The notes: generated by a model from the letters alone, not told the origin. DNA of 64,000 nt from an uncultured Nitrososphaeraceae archaeon (GCA_963837175.1 CAWIMJ010000047.1:88619-152618), one strand, 5' to 3'. Positions 31,304 to 41,642 are shown, counted from the stretch's first letter. Numbers and translations: made by a program.

Positions 31304-31723
31304 TTATTCTATATATATACTTAGAACTGCTCTCCTTTCAGGATCCTGCAAGGATCGAATTATATCTCTAGGTATGTCCGAAGAAGCCTTATCAGAATTC
31401 ACGCAGAGTGTTCGAGAACATACGAAATTCGTTTTTCTAATCACTATATCTTGAGCATCTAATAGCATGATTCTACTGTTTCCAAAACCGTTAAATCTAT
31501 AAAATAGATTGCCAGTAATTATCGATAGCCTTACAACCGAGTCTTGCTTCTTTAATAGCCTTTGCAATAATGGATCTAAATCCTTACAGGCTTTATTTGC
31601 CCTTACGCCAATTATACAGTCTCCTCTTAACGTAAGATTTGGATTCTTTGTTACTTCTATCGCCCGAAGATGAAGAGATTGGACATTCGGGTGCCCATAA
31701 AAAATAACTTCGTCCTCGACCAC
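31304..31723 (-). CDS. DUF371 family protein
   Basis: GHPNV..H...EVTK...LT.RGDCIIGV.A.K motif. Confidence 0.85.
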   Translation of the reverse strand: MVEDEVIFYGHPNVQSLHLRAIEVTKNPNLTLRGDCIIGVRANKACKDLDPLLQRLLKKQDSVVRLSIITGNLFYRFNGFGNSRIMLLDAQDIVIRKTNFVCSRTLCVNSDKASSDIPRDIIRSLQDPERRAVLSIYIE

Positions 31724-31819
31724 AGCATTTGGCTATCTGCTGGTTGCCAAAATTAAACTTAGCGGAGAAAAATGATAAGGTAAATTTAAATTAAACTTTA
31801 CAAAGTAGTTAAAACTGAA

Positions 31820-32557
31820 TTGTTACCAGCAGCAGCAGGATATGACCGAGCTATTACTGTTTTCTCGCCTGACGGAAGATTGTATCAGGTAGAATATGCC
31901 ATTGAGACCGTTAGAAGAGGGACATTAGCTATTGGAATAAAAAGCGAAGATGGTGTTATTCTAGCAGTTGAAGAAAAAGCTAGAAAATTGCAGATATCAA
32001 ATGTTACACAAAAGATCTTCCAAGTCGATGATCATATTGGAGTCGCCGCAGCAGGATACATTCCTGATGCCAGAACTCAAGTTGATCATGCAAGATTTTT
32101 CGCGCAGAGTAATCGACTTATCTATGACGAACCAGTAGATGTCGAGGGAGTAGCAAAAAATATTGCAGATATGGCTCAGCAATTTACTCAATATGCGGGT
32201 GTTCGACCATTTGGCGTTGCCTTGATTCTTGCAGGTGTTGATAAAAATGGAGCCTCACTTTATCTAACTGATCCAAGTGGTACCTACATTGGATATGACG
32301 CCGTGGCAATAGGAGCAGGAAGTGATCAAGTGACTGAATTCTTAGAAAAAAGTTATAAAAATAATGTATCTATGGAAGAGGCTGGTGCACTAGCAATTGA
32401 GTCAATATACCTTGTAAGTGAAGATAAAACTGGCACAAGACATGTGAAAATGGCAATTATTGATAACAATACGAAAACAATGCGAAAGGTAGAAGAAGAG
32501 GAAATAGACAGGTACGCGTCAAAAGTAAAAGAAGGAGCAGATAAGAGGACATCATAG
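31820..32557 (+). CDS. psmA: Proteasome alpha subunit
   Basis: GYDRAITVFSPDGRLYQVEYA; RPFGVAL. Confidence 0.97.
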   Translation: MLPAAAGYDRAITVFSPDGRLYQVEYAIETVRRGTLAIGIKSEDGVILAVEEKARKLQISNVTQKIFQVDDHIGVAAAGYIPDARTQVDHARFFAQSNRLIYDEPVDVEGVAKNIADMAQQFTQYAGVRPFGVALILAGVDKNGASLYLTDPSGTYIGYDAVAIGAGSDQVTEFLEKSYKNNVSMEEAGALAIESIYLVSEDKTGTRHVKMAIIDNNTKTMRKVEEEEIDRYASKVKEGADKRTS

Positions 32558-32630
32558 TAAATGTTCTCTCAAATTTCAAGAATATTTTGTGTAGCATTAG
32601 TTTAAATAATGTTAAGCCATTTTTTTATCT

Positions 32631-33299
32631 ATGGTTGTGAGTATTGGCGATAAAGCACCAAATTTAAAGGTAGCTGAATGGATACAGGGTAAGCCAACCA
32701 ATATTGATAACGAGATTGGTAATGTAATTCTCATTGAGGTATTCCAGGTAAATTGTCCTGGTTGTTTTATATATGGAATACCTGGTGCGATCAAGATTTA
32801 TAGAAACTATAACAATAAGGGTGTCACTGTACTAGGTATTGCAACCGCATTCGAAGATTTTGATAAAAATACATTAGACAACCTAAAGCTGTTGCTTTTC
32901 ACAGGAGAGGTGATTGGAGAAACACGAAAGGCACTCGGCCAATACGGCCAGCTTGTAGAAGAGAACAAATTACCTTATAAGATACCTTTTCCTGTAGCAA
33001 TGGATTCTTTGCATAAAGAATCGAATGTCTTATCTGAGAACAGGATCATGGATTTTGTTGAGAGCAATGTTCCTGATTTTAGATCTTATTCAGATGCAAA
33101 CAGATTGATACTTATTGAAAGAGTGAAAAATTATTTGCAAACAAAAGAAATTTCAGCCCAAACATTTGAAGAATATGGCTTAAGAGGCACTCCATCGTGC
33201 ATATTGATAGACAGGAAAGGAATAGTAAGACACATTAGCTTCGGTGCAGACGGACTCATGGACAAGATGGTACAAGACTTGGTAATAGAACAAGAATAA
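32631..33299 (+). CDS. TlpA/redoxin-family thiol-disulfide oxidoreductase
   Basis: FQVNCPGC (CxxC); GTPSCILIDRKG. Confidence 0.85.
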   Translation: MVVSIGDKAPNLKVAEWIQGKPTNIDNEIGNVILIEVFQVNCPGCFIYGIPGAIKIYRNYNNKGVTVLGIATAFEDFDKNTLDNLKLLLFTGEVIGETRKALGQYGQLVEENKLPYKIPFPVAMDSLHKESNVLSENRIMDFVESNVPDFRSYSDANRLILIERVKNYLQTKEISAQTFEEYGLRGTPSCILIDRKGIVRHISFGADGLMDKMVQDLVIEQE

Positions 33300-34147
33300 T
33301 GAAAAGGTCTTGTGATCTTTACGTTGCTATTCCTGATTCTTCTCTCTTAGATGAACAGACAAAACGTGACAAAAGCATCAAGATCTCCCAAATTGCGAGA
33401 GCTTGTTCAATATTCAGAGTCAAAACTATATACATTTATCATGATATGTCATTCAGATATGTAAATGATGATCTTAATTTATTAACGACAATTTTACGTT
33501 ATCTCGATACGCCACAATACCTAAGGAAAGTTTTGTATCCTCGCATGAGAATGTTGGAATACGCTGGAATTCTTCATCCAATAAGGTCGCCTCATCATAA
33601 AGACCGAGAGGATATCAAGGATGTTAAAATCGGCGATGTTAGGGTTGGAGTGATAGCAAACGACAAGGGAAACTTGTATGTTGATGTAGGTTTAAGTTCA
33701 CTTGTCCCTTTCGAAGGAGTGGGTTTCAAAGGAAAAAAAGTCAATGTCTTGTTCACATCACCATATCCAAACTTACGGGCAAGAGAAGCAATCGAGGAAC
33801 ACTTAGGCAAAACTTATTGGGGATATGATGTGAAGGTTGTTTCAAATCTTGCAAAGCTCTTAGATACTGCTAACAACGCAGAAATCCTCATTACTTATAG
33901 AGAAGGTCCATTTTTCAAAATGAAGGAAGACAAGCTTCTGAAGCGAATGAAGGCCGGTAGAAATCTATTGGTGGTATTTGGCTCTCCTAAAAAAGGAGTG
34001 GAAGAAATATTGGCTAAGGAGGGCTCAAATATAAGGTTTTACGATTTCGTGGCAAATATGTTTCCTTTTCAAGGAACAGCAACAATCAGATTGGAAGAGG
34101 CACTATTCGGAACTTTAGCTATATTAAATCATTTTCTGACAAGATGA
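33299..34147 (+). CDS. SPOUT RNA methyltransferase (COG2106/DUF171)
   Basis: IARACSIFRV, TPQYLRK, FGSPKKG, QGTATIRLEEA; usual rpl3 neighbour. Confidence 0.88.
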   Translation: MKRSCDLYVAIPDSSLLDEQTKRDKSIKISQIARACSIFRVKTIYIYHDMSFRYVNDDLNLLTTILRYLDTPQYLRKVLYPRMRMLEYAGILHPIRSPHHKDREDIKDVKIGDVRVGVIANDKGNLYVDVGLSSLVPFEGVGFKGKKVNVLFTSPYPNLRAREAIEEHLGKTYWGYDVKVVSNLAKLLDTANNAEILITYREGPFFKMKEDKLLKRMKAGRNLLVVFGSPKKGVEEILAKEGSNIRFYDFVANMFPFQGTATIRLEEALFGTLAILNHFLTR

Positions 34148-34715
34148 CTAAACCTTTTCCTTACTTTCACACATTTGTTGAATAGAAATGTCATCATCCT
34201 TATACGCACTGTGAGGTAGAAGTTTTGCTCATATAATGAAGTCCGGATTAATGGTATAGGTTCTTCCTAAAGATAGATAGCCGCTATTTGAGAGAATTTT
34301 TTTCAGTAGAGAGATATTTTCTATTAACAGATTTGTTTAATAATATTATGGGTAACAGCAATCAACTATTTCTAAAATAAGAAACGTTGTCATAAAAACA
34401 ATGTTAATTAATTTAAAGACTCCAAACCATCGTAGGTCGTGATACTTCAAGTGGGTCTTTTGACGATCTTCTCTTTGATGTTAAGCAGTTTTGCTAGATG
34501 TACAAGTAATAGTAATGGAGTAGGAGCCTATTGACATAAGTTATCTCTGAAATAAAATAATTAATTTCTTTATTATGACACTATATAATTCAAGGATATT
34601 CTAGTCTTCATTTTATTTCTGTCTTTGTGAACGGGTTCATTAATAGAATGGAATATTAGCTAATTGAAATTTGGTTATAAATTTATTAAAGGGATTTTGA
34701 TGTGTTAATTTACCT

Positions 34716-35714
34716 ATGGGTCATCGAAAGTATAGCGCGCCGCGACGAGGTAGTATTGCATTTAGGCCACGCGCTAGAGCCAAGAGTATAGAGGCTCGAG
34801 TAAGAACGTGGCCAGAGTCTTCATTGGAGAAGACGTCTTTACTAGGTTTTGCAGGGTTTAAAGCAGGTGGATTACACATACTAACTATAGATGATCGTGA
34901 GAAAACTCCCAATTTTGGAAAGCAACTTATTAACGTGTCAACAGTTATAGTTACGCCACCAATAAAGGTAATCGGTATTCGAGGTTATAATCAAAATTCA
35001 TATGGAAAGCATGCAGTATTTGATGTTTATGCAAAAGATCTACCAAAGGGGCTTTCTCGCAAATTCGATGCCACTTATAATGAAGAGGCACTCACAAAGT
35101 CTGGGTCTTTACTTGATAAGATAGGTTCTATAATGGCAATAGTTGCAGTCAACCCGCGAGATATTAATATGTCACAGAAGAAACCATATGTATTTGAAAT
35201 AGCTGTTTCAGGCAATAATAATGTCAGAGCCCAATATGACTATGTAAAGAATCTTTTAGGAAAGGAAGTTCATGCTAGAGATATTTTCCAGGTTGGGCAA
35301 TATATAGATGTCTTTGGAATTACGAGAGGAAAAGGCGTAGAAGGTCCGGTTACAAGGTTTGGTATCAAGCGAAAGCAGCATAAATCTAGAAAGAGTGTTC
35401 GGGCCGTAGGAACACTAGGACCTATCTCACCTGCAGTGGTAATGTATACAGTTCCACGACAGGGACAGAGAGGCTTTCATCAAAGGACAGAATATAACAA
35501 ACGAATCTTGCTATTATCCAGCACTGATAAAGGAGATAATTCAATAAACCCACCAGGTGGTTTCAAGCATTTTGGATTGGTTAAAGGCGAATATTTGGTA
35601 GTAAGAGGATCCATTCCGGGCGTTCCCAAGAGGCTAATTAAAATGCGGCATCCGCTGCGTAATCCTCAGAAAAAAGTAGTAGAGCCAAAGATTGTAGAGG
35701 TAGTTGCACACTGA
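34716..35714 (+). CDS. rpl3: 50S ribosomal protein L3
   Basis: MGHRKYSAPRRGS, GFKAG, GFHQRTEYNK. Confidence 0.97.
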   Translation: MGHRKYSAPRRGSIAFRPRARAKSIEARVRTWPESSLEKTSLLGFAGFKAGGLHILTIDDREKTPNFGKQLINVSTVIVTPPIKVIGIRGYNQNSYGKHAVFDVYAKDLPKGLSRKFDATYNEEALTKSGSLLDKIGSIMAIVAVNPRDINMSQKKPYVFEIAVSGNNNVRAQYDYVKNLLGKEVHARDIFQVGQYIDVFGITRGKGVEGPVTRFGIKRKQHKSRKSVRAVGTLGPISPAVVMYTVPRQGQRGFHQRTEYNKRILLLSSTDKGDNSINPPGGFKHFGLVKGEYLVVRGSIPGVPKRLIKMRHPLRNPQKKVVEPKIVEVVAH

Positions 35715-36530
35715 AATCAAAGACGATTCTAGGAATAGACGGCGGTGAATCTAATACTATAGAGCTACCTGAAATATTTGAAACGCCCTATAGACCAGAA
35801 GTAATGCATAAAGTATACATAAATTTGCTATCTCATAAATATCAAAGGCAAGGACGTTATCCTGCTGCAGGGGAGATAGTAAGTGCAGAATCACGCAATA
35901 CAGGGCTTGGCATTGCAAGACTTGCAAGAGCCCGCGGTGAAGGTTTTCAGAGAGCAGGACAGGCTGCTGGCGTTTCCGGCGTCCGGCATGGTAGAGTTGC
36001 ACATCCTCCTGAATCGTGGAAAAATATTTACAAGAAAATTAATAAAAAGGAGAAGCAGTTAGGTATATGTTCAGCTATTGCGGCTACCAGTCGAAAGGAT
36101 CTAATTATCAAGCGCGGCCACAAGATTGGTGGACTTTTAGACTTTCCCATTGTTGTTTCTAATGAAATCGAATCCATTTCAAAGACAAAAGATCTGCAAA
36201 CGACCCTTATAGCTTTGGGATTAAAAGAGGATTTGATTAGAGCAGGATTATCTCATAAACCAAGAACTGGTACTTCAAGAAGAAGAGGAAGACGGGCACA
36301 TTCAGGGGTTAGTGCCTTGATTGTTGTTGAAAAAGATGAAATTTTAGGAAGGCTCTCTGGGTCAATTCCAGGAGTTGAAGTGAAATCAGGTACAAAGACT
36401 TAATGTCATAGATCTTATGCCTGGCTCAAAACCAATAAGATTAACAATATTCTCGCAGAATGCTGTCGAAAAGTTAAAGGATGTTCAAGCACCTGTTCTT
36501 AGAATTATGGAGATGATGCAAAGTAAATGA
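35711..36530 (+). CDS. rpl4: 50S ribosomal protein L4; probable CTG start and +1 frameshift at 36389-36390
   Basis: Frame extends upstream of ATG 35804 (KSKTILGIDGGESNTIELPEIFETPYRPE). Removing one G gives the expected tail VQRLNVIDLMPGSKPIRLTIFS...K*, whose stop overlaps the rpl23 ATG. Confidence 0.92.
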
Positions 36531-36820
36531 ATGCCACTCAACAGAATAGATCTATGAGCGTAGAGACAGCAAGCTCAATTATCATCAAACCTTATATTAC
36601 TGAAAAAACATTCAACTTGATTGAAAAGGAAAATAAATTGACTTTCATAGTAGCAGAAAAAGCTACTAAAGATCAAATAGTAAAAGCATTACAAATTCTG
36701 TATGAATCGCAAGCAAGTGAAGTAAATACTGCAAGAACAATACAAGGTAAAAAGGCATTTATAAAAATTAAGGCTCCTGAAGGTGCTCGGGAACTTGCCA
36801 CAAAGATGGGACTAGTATAG
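36527..36820 (+). CDS. rpl23: 50S ribosomal protein L23
   Basis: PYITEK..LIEKENKLTFIV, KKAFIK. Confidence 0.95.
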   Translation: MNATQQNRSMSVETASSIIIKPYITEKTFNLIEKENKLTFIVAEKATKDQIVKALQILYESQASEVNTARTIQGKKAFIKIKAPEGARELATKMGLV

Positions 36821-36883
36821 AAATGCTGTTTATTATCTCGCTAGATTTAAAAGTAGTCTAGTACGATGGTGTCATTGATATAA

Positions 36884-37291
36884 TTGGTTCGTGAATTTAA
36901 GTTCAAAGGTTATTCGCCTGAACAATTACAATCATTATCTGTAGAATCACTTTTGCCATTATTAAATTCTAGGCAGCGTAGGTCACTGGACAAAAGAGTA
37001 GGTATGTATATGAATGATCAAAAGCGTAAGTTACGTGAAGAAATAAAACTTCTTCGAGAAGGTAAGCTCAAAGGTCAGTTAAAAACTCACGTTAGAGATA
37101 TGATAATTCTTCCGGATATGATTGGTCTTTCTATGAGCGTACATAACGGTAAGGAATTTTCTCCAATCCATATAAGGGCTGAGATGGTAGGACACTATGT
37201 GGGTGAATATGCCATCACAAATAAAAGAGTTCAGCATGGAAGTCCTGGCGTAGGATCATCGAGATCCAGTTTGTATGTGCCATTGAAGTGA
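36884..37291 (+). CDS. rps19: 30S ribosomal protein S19
   Basis: KTHVRDMIILPDMIG, HGSPGVGSSRSSLYVPLK. Confidence 0.96.
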   Translation: MVREFKFKGYSPEQLQSLSVESLLPLLNSRQRRSLDKRVGMYMNDQKRKLREEIKLLREGKLKGQLKTHVRDMIILPDMIGLSMSVHNGKEFSPIHIRAEMVGHYVGEYAITNKRVQHGSPGVGSSRSSLYVPLK

Positions 37292-37298
37292 TATATTT

Positions 37299-37772
37299 AT
37301 GCCAAATTACTCCTATGCATTTCAAAACTTCGATAAAACAAAACATGTGAGAGCTGCAATCAGAGAAAAAGATGTTTCTCACAAGCATAGTCGTGAAGTA
37401 GCTGTTGCAGTAAAGGGAATGTCAATAGAAAAAGCAAGAGATTTTTTGAATAATGTTATTGCAAAAAAAATTGCAGTTCCTTATAGAAGATATAACAATG
37501 AAGTTGCACACCGTTCCAATGTTCGTGATGGTTTTTTTGCAGGAAGGTTCCCACAAAAATCAGCTAAAGAATTTTTGAAACTTCTTGATAATTTAGAAAC
37601 AAATGCTGAGTATAAAGGTATGGACCTGGATCGATTAAGGATTATTAGCGCAGTTGTTCATAAAGGAACAAAACTTGAACGATTTACACCTCGTGCCATG
37701 GGAAAAGCAAGTCCAAAGTTCGACACCCTGATTCACATAGAATTAGTCGCACAGGAGAGTAGATCGGTGTAA
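37299..37772 (+). CDS. rpl22: 50S ribosomal protein L22
   Basis: VSHKHSREV, GRFPQK, PRAMGKA. Confidence 0.95.
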   Translation: MPNYSYAFQNFDKTKHVRAAIREKDVSHKHSREVAVAVKGMSIEKARDFLNNVIAKKIAVPYRRYNNEVAHRSNVRDGFFAGRFPQKSAKEFLKLLDNLETNAEYKGMDLDRLRIISAVVHKGTKLERFTPRAMGKASPKFDTLIHIELVAQESRSV

Positions 37773-38512
37773 TGAGCGCTGTAAAAAATGTAATGAAGAA
37801 TAATTATCGAAATATGGAACTAAACGAATATCTTGCGGCAAGTTTAAAAGATGCAGGATATGGCGGCGTCGACGTACAAAAGACTCCAATCGGAACAAAG
37901 ATAACACTTTCTGTTACAAGACCAGGACTGGTAATTGGTAGAAAAGGTATCGGTATTAAAGATCTAACCTCTAGACTTGAACACAATTTTGGCTTGACAA
38001 ATCCTCAGATTTCTGTTTTAGAGGTACCTGTTCCTGAACTGAATCCAAAAATAATGAGCAATAGAATAGGACAACTAATTGAAAGAGGTACAGCTTTTAG
38101 ACGAGCTTCGCTTTGGACAATTAATACGATTATGAATGCTGGTGCTTTGGGAGTAGAGGTATCTGTGGCAGGTAAACTAAGGAGCGAGCGATCTCATTTT
38201 GAAAAACACTCTGCAGGAATAGTTCCAAAAAGTGGAGATATTGCTGAGAGGGTGGTGAAGGTAGGAGTTACTCACGTCTTAACAAAAATGGGATTAATGG
38301 GAATACAGCTGAGAATTGCATTGAAAGATGAAGTCCCTCCAGAATTTGAACTATCTAATATGTCAACAAATACTAAACAACAAGGCGTAGATTCTCAGGA
38401 GCCTATGACTGATAACTCAGCACTATCAAAACATAAAACTAATGCTCCAACGACAATTTCTTCGACAGAACAACAGGGAGCTATAGTCAACGGGGGAAAT
38501 ACGAATGGGTAG
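37772..38512 (+). CDS. rps3: 30S ribosomal protein S3
   Basis: KH motif RPGLVIGRKG; GKLRSER. Confidence 0.96.
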   Translation: MSAVKNVMKNNYRNMELNEYLAASLKDAGYGGVDVQKTPIGTKITLSVTRPGLVIGRKGIGIKDLTSRLEHNFGLTNPQISVLEVPVPELNPKIMSNRIGQLIERGTAFRRASLWTINTIMNAGALGVEVSVAGKLRSERSHFEKHSAGIVPKSGDIAERVVKVGVTHVLTKMGLMGIQLRIALKDEVPPEFELSNMSTNTKQQGVDSQEPMTDNSALSKHKTNAPTTISSTEQQGAIVNGGNTNG

Positions 38513-38714
38513 AATTAAATTAAAAACACTCCAGGAGATGAATGATATTGACTTGACGGATAAGTTATCCGACCTAAAGGCTGATCTTGCTAAACTCAGA
38601 TCTGAAGGTGCCAAGGGCACTCTCAAAAAGCGGACTGGAGATATCCGGTGGGTACGTAGAGATATCGCTCGAATAATGACATTACTGAATGAGAGAAAGG
38701 AGAATACAAAATGA
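38505..38714 (+). CDS. rpl29: 50S ribosomal protein L29
   Basis: IRWVRRDIARIMT; operon position. Confidence 0.93.
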   Translation: MGRIKLKTLQEMNDIDLTDKLSDLKADLAKLRSEGAKGTLKKRTGDIRWVRRDIARIMTLLNERKENTK

Positions 38715-38998
38715 TTAATGCAGATAACATTGTAGCTCATGAATTGATTGGACTTGACGTCGAAATAACTAAGAAAGATAATCTTGTCGATTCAAAGTTG
38801 TACGGCAAAATCGTATTTGAAACAAAGAATATGATTTTGCTTAAAACATCATTTGGAATCAGAAGAGTGCCAAAGGCAATAGTAAAAAGAGCAAGGTTTT
38901 TTCTATCGCAGGGCGGTTGCTTTATAAGTGGTATATCTTTGATAGGAAGACCGGAGGATCGTGTATCACGAATCTTTGAGTTGAAAAAGAATGGTTAG
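38711..38998 (+). CDS. rnp1: Ribonuclease P protein subunit Rpp29 (Rnp1)
   Basis: HELIGLDVEI, GKIVFETKN, GRPEDR. Confidence 0.92.
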   Translation: MINADNIVAHELIGLDVEITKKDNLVDSKLYGKIVFETKNMILLKTSFGIRRVPKAIVKRARFFLSQGGCFISGISLIGRPEDRVSRIFELKKNG

Positions 38999-39326
38999 AA
39001 ACATTGGGATCTCAGTCAATCCTCCTAGAAAGTCATGTAACGACAAATTATGTCCCTTTCATGGAACTTTATCGGTAAGAGGAAAATTATTTAGAGGAAC
39101 AATCATTAGCTCTAAAGCAAGTAAGATGGCAGTGGTTGGTAGAGAATATCCTCGTCCCGTTTCAAAATACAAGAGATATGAAAGAAGTATGTCAAAAATG
39201 CACGCATATCTGCCAGATTGTATTGGTGTTCAAGAAGGTGAAGAAGTATTAATTGCTGAATGCAGGCCTCTATCTAAAACCGTCTCCTTTGTTGTAATCG
39301 AGGTGAGCAATAAGAATGTCAGCTAA
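38991..39326 (+). CDS. rps17: 30S ribosomal protein S17
   Basis: CPFHGTLSVRG, KYKRYE, ECRPLSKT. Confidence 0.96.
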   Translation: MVRNIGISVNPPRKSCNDKLCPFHGTLSVRGKLFRGTIISSKASKMAVVGREYPRPVSKYKRYERSMSKMHAYLPDCIGVQEGEEVLIAECRPLSKTVSFVVIEVSNKNVS

Positions 39327-39750
39327 AACAAGGGCCGTTTCAGCAAAAGGAGTATCAGAGTTTCGTCCTTATATTACCAGAGCGCTGCCAGTAACCGCTG
39401 AATTAAATTGTGTCGATAATACCGGTGCCAAGATACTTCGGATTGCACAAGTCACCCGATATAAAGGAAGGCATTCTAGACTACCAGCAGCTGCTGTTGG
39501 GGACTTTGTTACAGTGACTGTGAAGAAGGGACCATCTGAACTTAGAAAGCAAATTTTTGGAGCAGTCATTGTAAGGCAAAAATATCCGATCAGACGATTA
39601 AATGGGGTACGAGTAACTTTCGAAGACAATGCGGCAGTTCTTGTCACCCCTGAGGGTGAGATTAAAGGAACCGATATAAAGGGACCCGTTGCTGCTGAAG
39701 CAGCAGAGAAATGGCCAAGAATTGCCAATCTTGCATCGTTAATAATTTAA
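39316..39750 (+). CDS. rpl14: 50S ribosomal protein L14
   Basis: DNTGAK, FEDNAAV, GPVAAEAAEKWPRIA. Confidence 0.97.
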   Translation: MSAKTRAVSAKGVSEFRPYITRALPVTAELNCVDNTGAKILRIAQVTRYKGRHSRLPAAAVGDFVTVTVKKGPSELRKQIFGAVIVRQKYPIRRLNGVRVTFEDNAAVLVTPEGEIKGTDIKGPVAAEAAEKWPRIANLASLII

Positions 39751-39767
39751 GAGGTAGATAAGAAAAA

Positions 39768-40205
39768 TTGGTGAGTATAAATCCGAAAATGTTACACATT
39801 CCAAAACATGTAAGGGATGGTATGATTTGTTCTTCTCTTGCCGATAATCTACGCGAGCAATATGGCAGGAGAAGTGTACGTGTAATAAAGGGCGACAATA
39901 TTAGAGTTATGAGAGGTGAATATACTGGAATCGAAGGTAAAATAGAAAAAGTCAATACTCGTAGAGGAACATTGGCAATTGAGGGAGTACAACGAGAAAA
40001 GGTTCGCGGTGGTAATGTAAAAGTCCAGATAGATGCGTCTAATGTTCAGGTAATAGGATTAAAGTTAGAAGATAAGTTGAGAGACAACAGACTCCATGGT
40101 AACAAAAAAAATCCAGAAAAAGTAAAATTGAACACTAAAAAGTCGAGGAAAATATTATCAAGAACCAAAAAAAGCGACAAAGATGGAGAGTTGAAAAATG
40201 GCTAA
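39768..40205 (+). CDS. rpl24: 50S ribosomal protein L24
   Basis: KOW motif KGDNIRVMRGEYTGIEGKI; ASNVQVI. Confidence 0.95.
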   Translation: MVSINPKMLHIPKHVRDGMICSSLADNLREQYGRRSVRVIKGDNIRVMRGEYTGIEGKIEKVNTRRGTLAIEGVQREKVRGGNVKVQIDASNVQVIGLKLEDKLRDNRLHGNKKNPEKVKLNTKKSRKILSRTKKSDKDGELKNG

Positions 40206-40914
40206 GAAAGGAGGAGATACCCGAGTGAAAAGACAGATGGCTCCAGTATTTTGGGACATCAGAAGAAAAGAAAGTCAATTCGTATTAGGTGTGAAATCCG
40301 GCTCTCATTCAAAGGACAGAGCATATCCAGTAGGGATCGTTCTTAGAGATGTATTAAAACTGGCAGGTACAATGCACGAAGCAGAACGAATTGTTAATAC
40401 CAGAAATGTTAAAATTGACGGAATTACTGTAAAAGATATCAATTTTGCAGTAGGTCTAATGGATGTGATAGAACTTGTTTCAACAGGTCAATCATACCGT
40501 TTTGTTCCAAAGAATTCTGAATTATTAGTGCCTCTCAGTATTAGTGATGAGGAAAAGACTCAAAAATTAGTAAAAGTTACAAACAAGGTAACGAAAACAG
40601 GAAACAAACTTCAGTACAGTTTTCATGATGGAAAAACTTTGATTAGTGATCAAAAATTAATGGTTGGTGACAGTTGCCTTCTACAAATTCCTAATAATAA
40701 AATTAATAAACATATAAAATTCGCAAAAGGTTGCATGGTACTAGTGACAAGAGGAGAGAACGCAGGAAGCATTGGAAAAGTTGATGATATCAGAGATGGG
40801 ATATTTTCTCTGCCTAAAAGGGCATTGATATCATTCTCTGATAGATCCATTGAACTACCAGTCGAGCTAGTCATGGCAATTGGCGATGAAAATCCAATAA
40901 TTAAGGTGAGCTGA
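40198..40914 (+). CDS. rps4e: 30S ribosomal protein S4e
   Basis: KRQMAP.FW.I.RK, VGLMDVI, HDGKT. Confidence 0.95.
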   Translation: MAKKGGDTRVKRQMAPVFWDIRRKESQFVLGVKSGSHSKDRAYPVGIVLRDVLKLAGTMHEAERIVNTRNVKIDGITVKDINFAVGLMDVIELVSTGQSYRFVPKNSELLVPLSISDEEKTQKLVKVTNKVTKTGNKLQYSFHDGKTLISDQKLMVGDSCLLQIPNNKINKHIKFAKGCMVLVTRGENAGSIGKVDDIRDGIFSLPKRALISFSDRSIELPVELVMAIGDENPIIKVS

Positions 40915-41445
40915 TTGATGAGTCAACAACAAATAAAAGATCCCAACTCAATGAGAAAAATCAGTATAAGTAAAGTAGTAATAAATATTGGTGTTGGAAA
41001 ATCTGGTGAACCAATAGAAAAAGCTAAGCGCGCTTTGCAGGAATTGACCGGTCAGCGGCCTAGTGTGCGTGGAGCTAGAGAATCTGTGAGGGATTTTGGC
41101 ATACATAAAGGCGAACCGATAGGCGCAATGGTGACACTTCGTAGACAACAAGCTCTTGATTTTCTAAAGCGCGTAATCGCCGCCAAGAATAATGTTTTAA
41201 AATTCTCATCCTTTGACAACTATGGAAATATTTCTGTAGGGATCCATGAACATATAGATATCCCAGGGACCAAATACAATCCGGAAATCGGGATTTTTGG
41301 CATGGATGTTAGTTTATCTTTAACGCGGCCGGGTTACAGAATAGCAAAAAAAAGATATAGCCGGAAAATAGGTAAAGCACACAGAATTACTAAAGACGAA
41401 GCAATAAAATACTTCCAACAGCAATTCGGAGTTGAAATAGCATAA
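40915..41445 (+). CDS. rpl5: 50S ribosomal protein L5
   Basis: KVVINIGVG, VTLR, GIFGMDV. Confidence 0.96.
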   Translation: MMSQQQIKDPNSMRKISISKVVINIGVGKSGEPIEKAKRALQELTGQRPSVRGARESVRDFGIHKGEPIGAMVTLRRQQALDFLKRVIAAKNNVLKFSSFDNYGNISVGIHEHIDIPGTKYNPEIGIFGMDVSLSLTRPGYRIAKKRYSRKIGKAHRITKDEAIKYFQQQFGVEIA

Positions 41446-41624
41446 TGCCGAAACCGCGAGAATATGCACAAACTGGGAGAAAACAGCTCTCTCATGGCAA
41501 AGGAACTCGTTGGTGTAAGAGGTGCGGCAGTTACACTGGCCTTATTCAAAAGTATAATCTAATGTTGTGTAGACAATGCTTTAGAGATGTTGCTGCAAGT
41601 TTGGGTTTTATTAAATATGAGTAA
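41445..41624 (+). CDS. rps14: 30S ribosomal protein S14 (Zn-binding); below the ORF-track size cut-off
   Basis: Manual translation MPKPREY...CKRCGSYTGLIQKYNLMLCRQCFRDVAASLGFIKYE (59 aa). Confidence 0.95.
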   Translation: MPKPREYAQTGRKQLSHGKGTRWCKRCGSYTGLIQKYNLMLCRQCFRDVAASLGFIKYE

Positions 41625-41642
41625 AGGAGTATATTATAGAAA

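Noticed and set aside
36820-36884. rpl2 missing between rpl23 and rps19; operon ends after rpl6
   Set aside because: To my knowledge this split arrangement is normal in Thaumarchaeota; there is no sign of a deletion scar.
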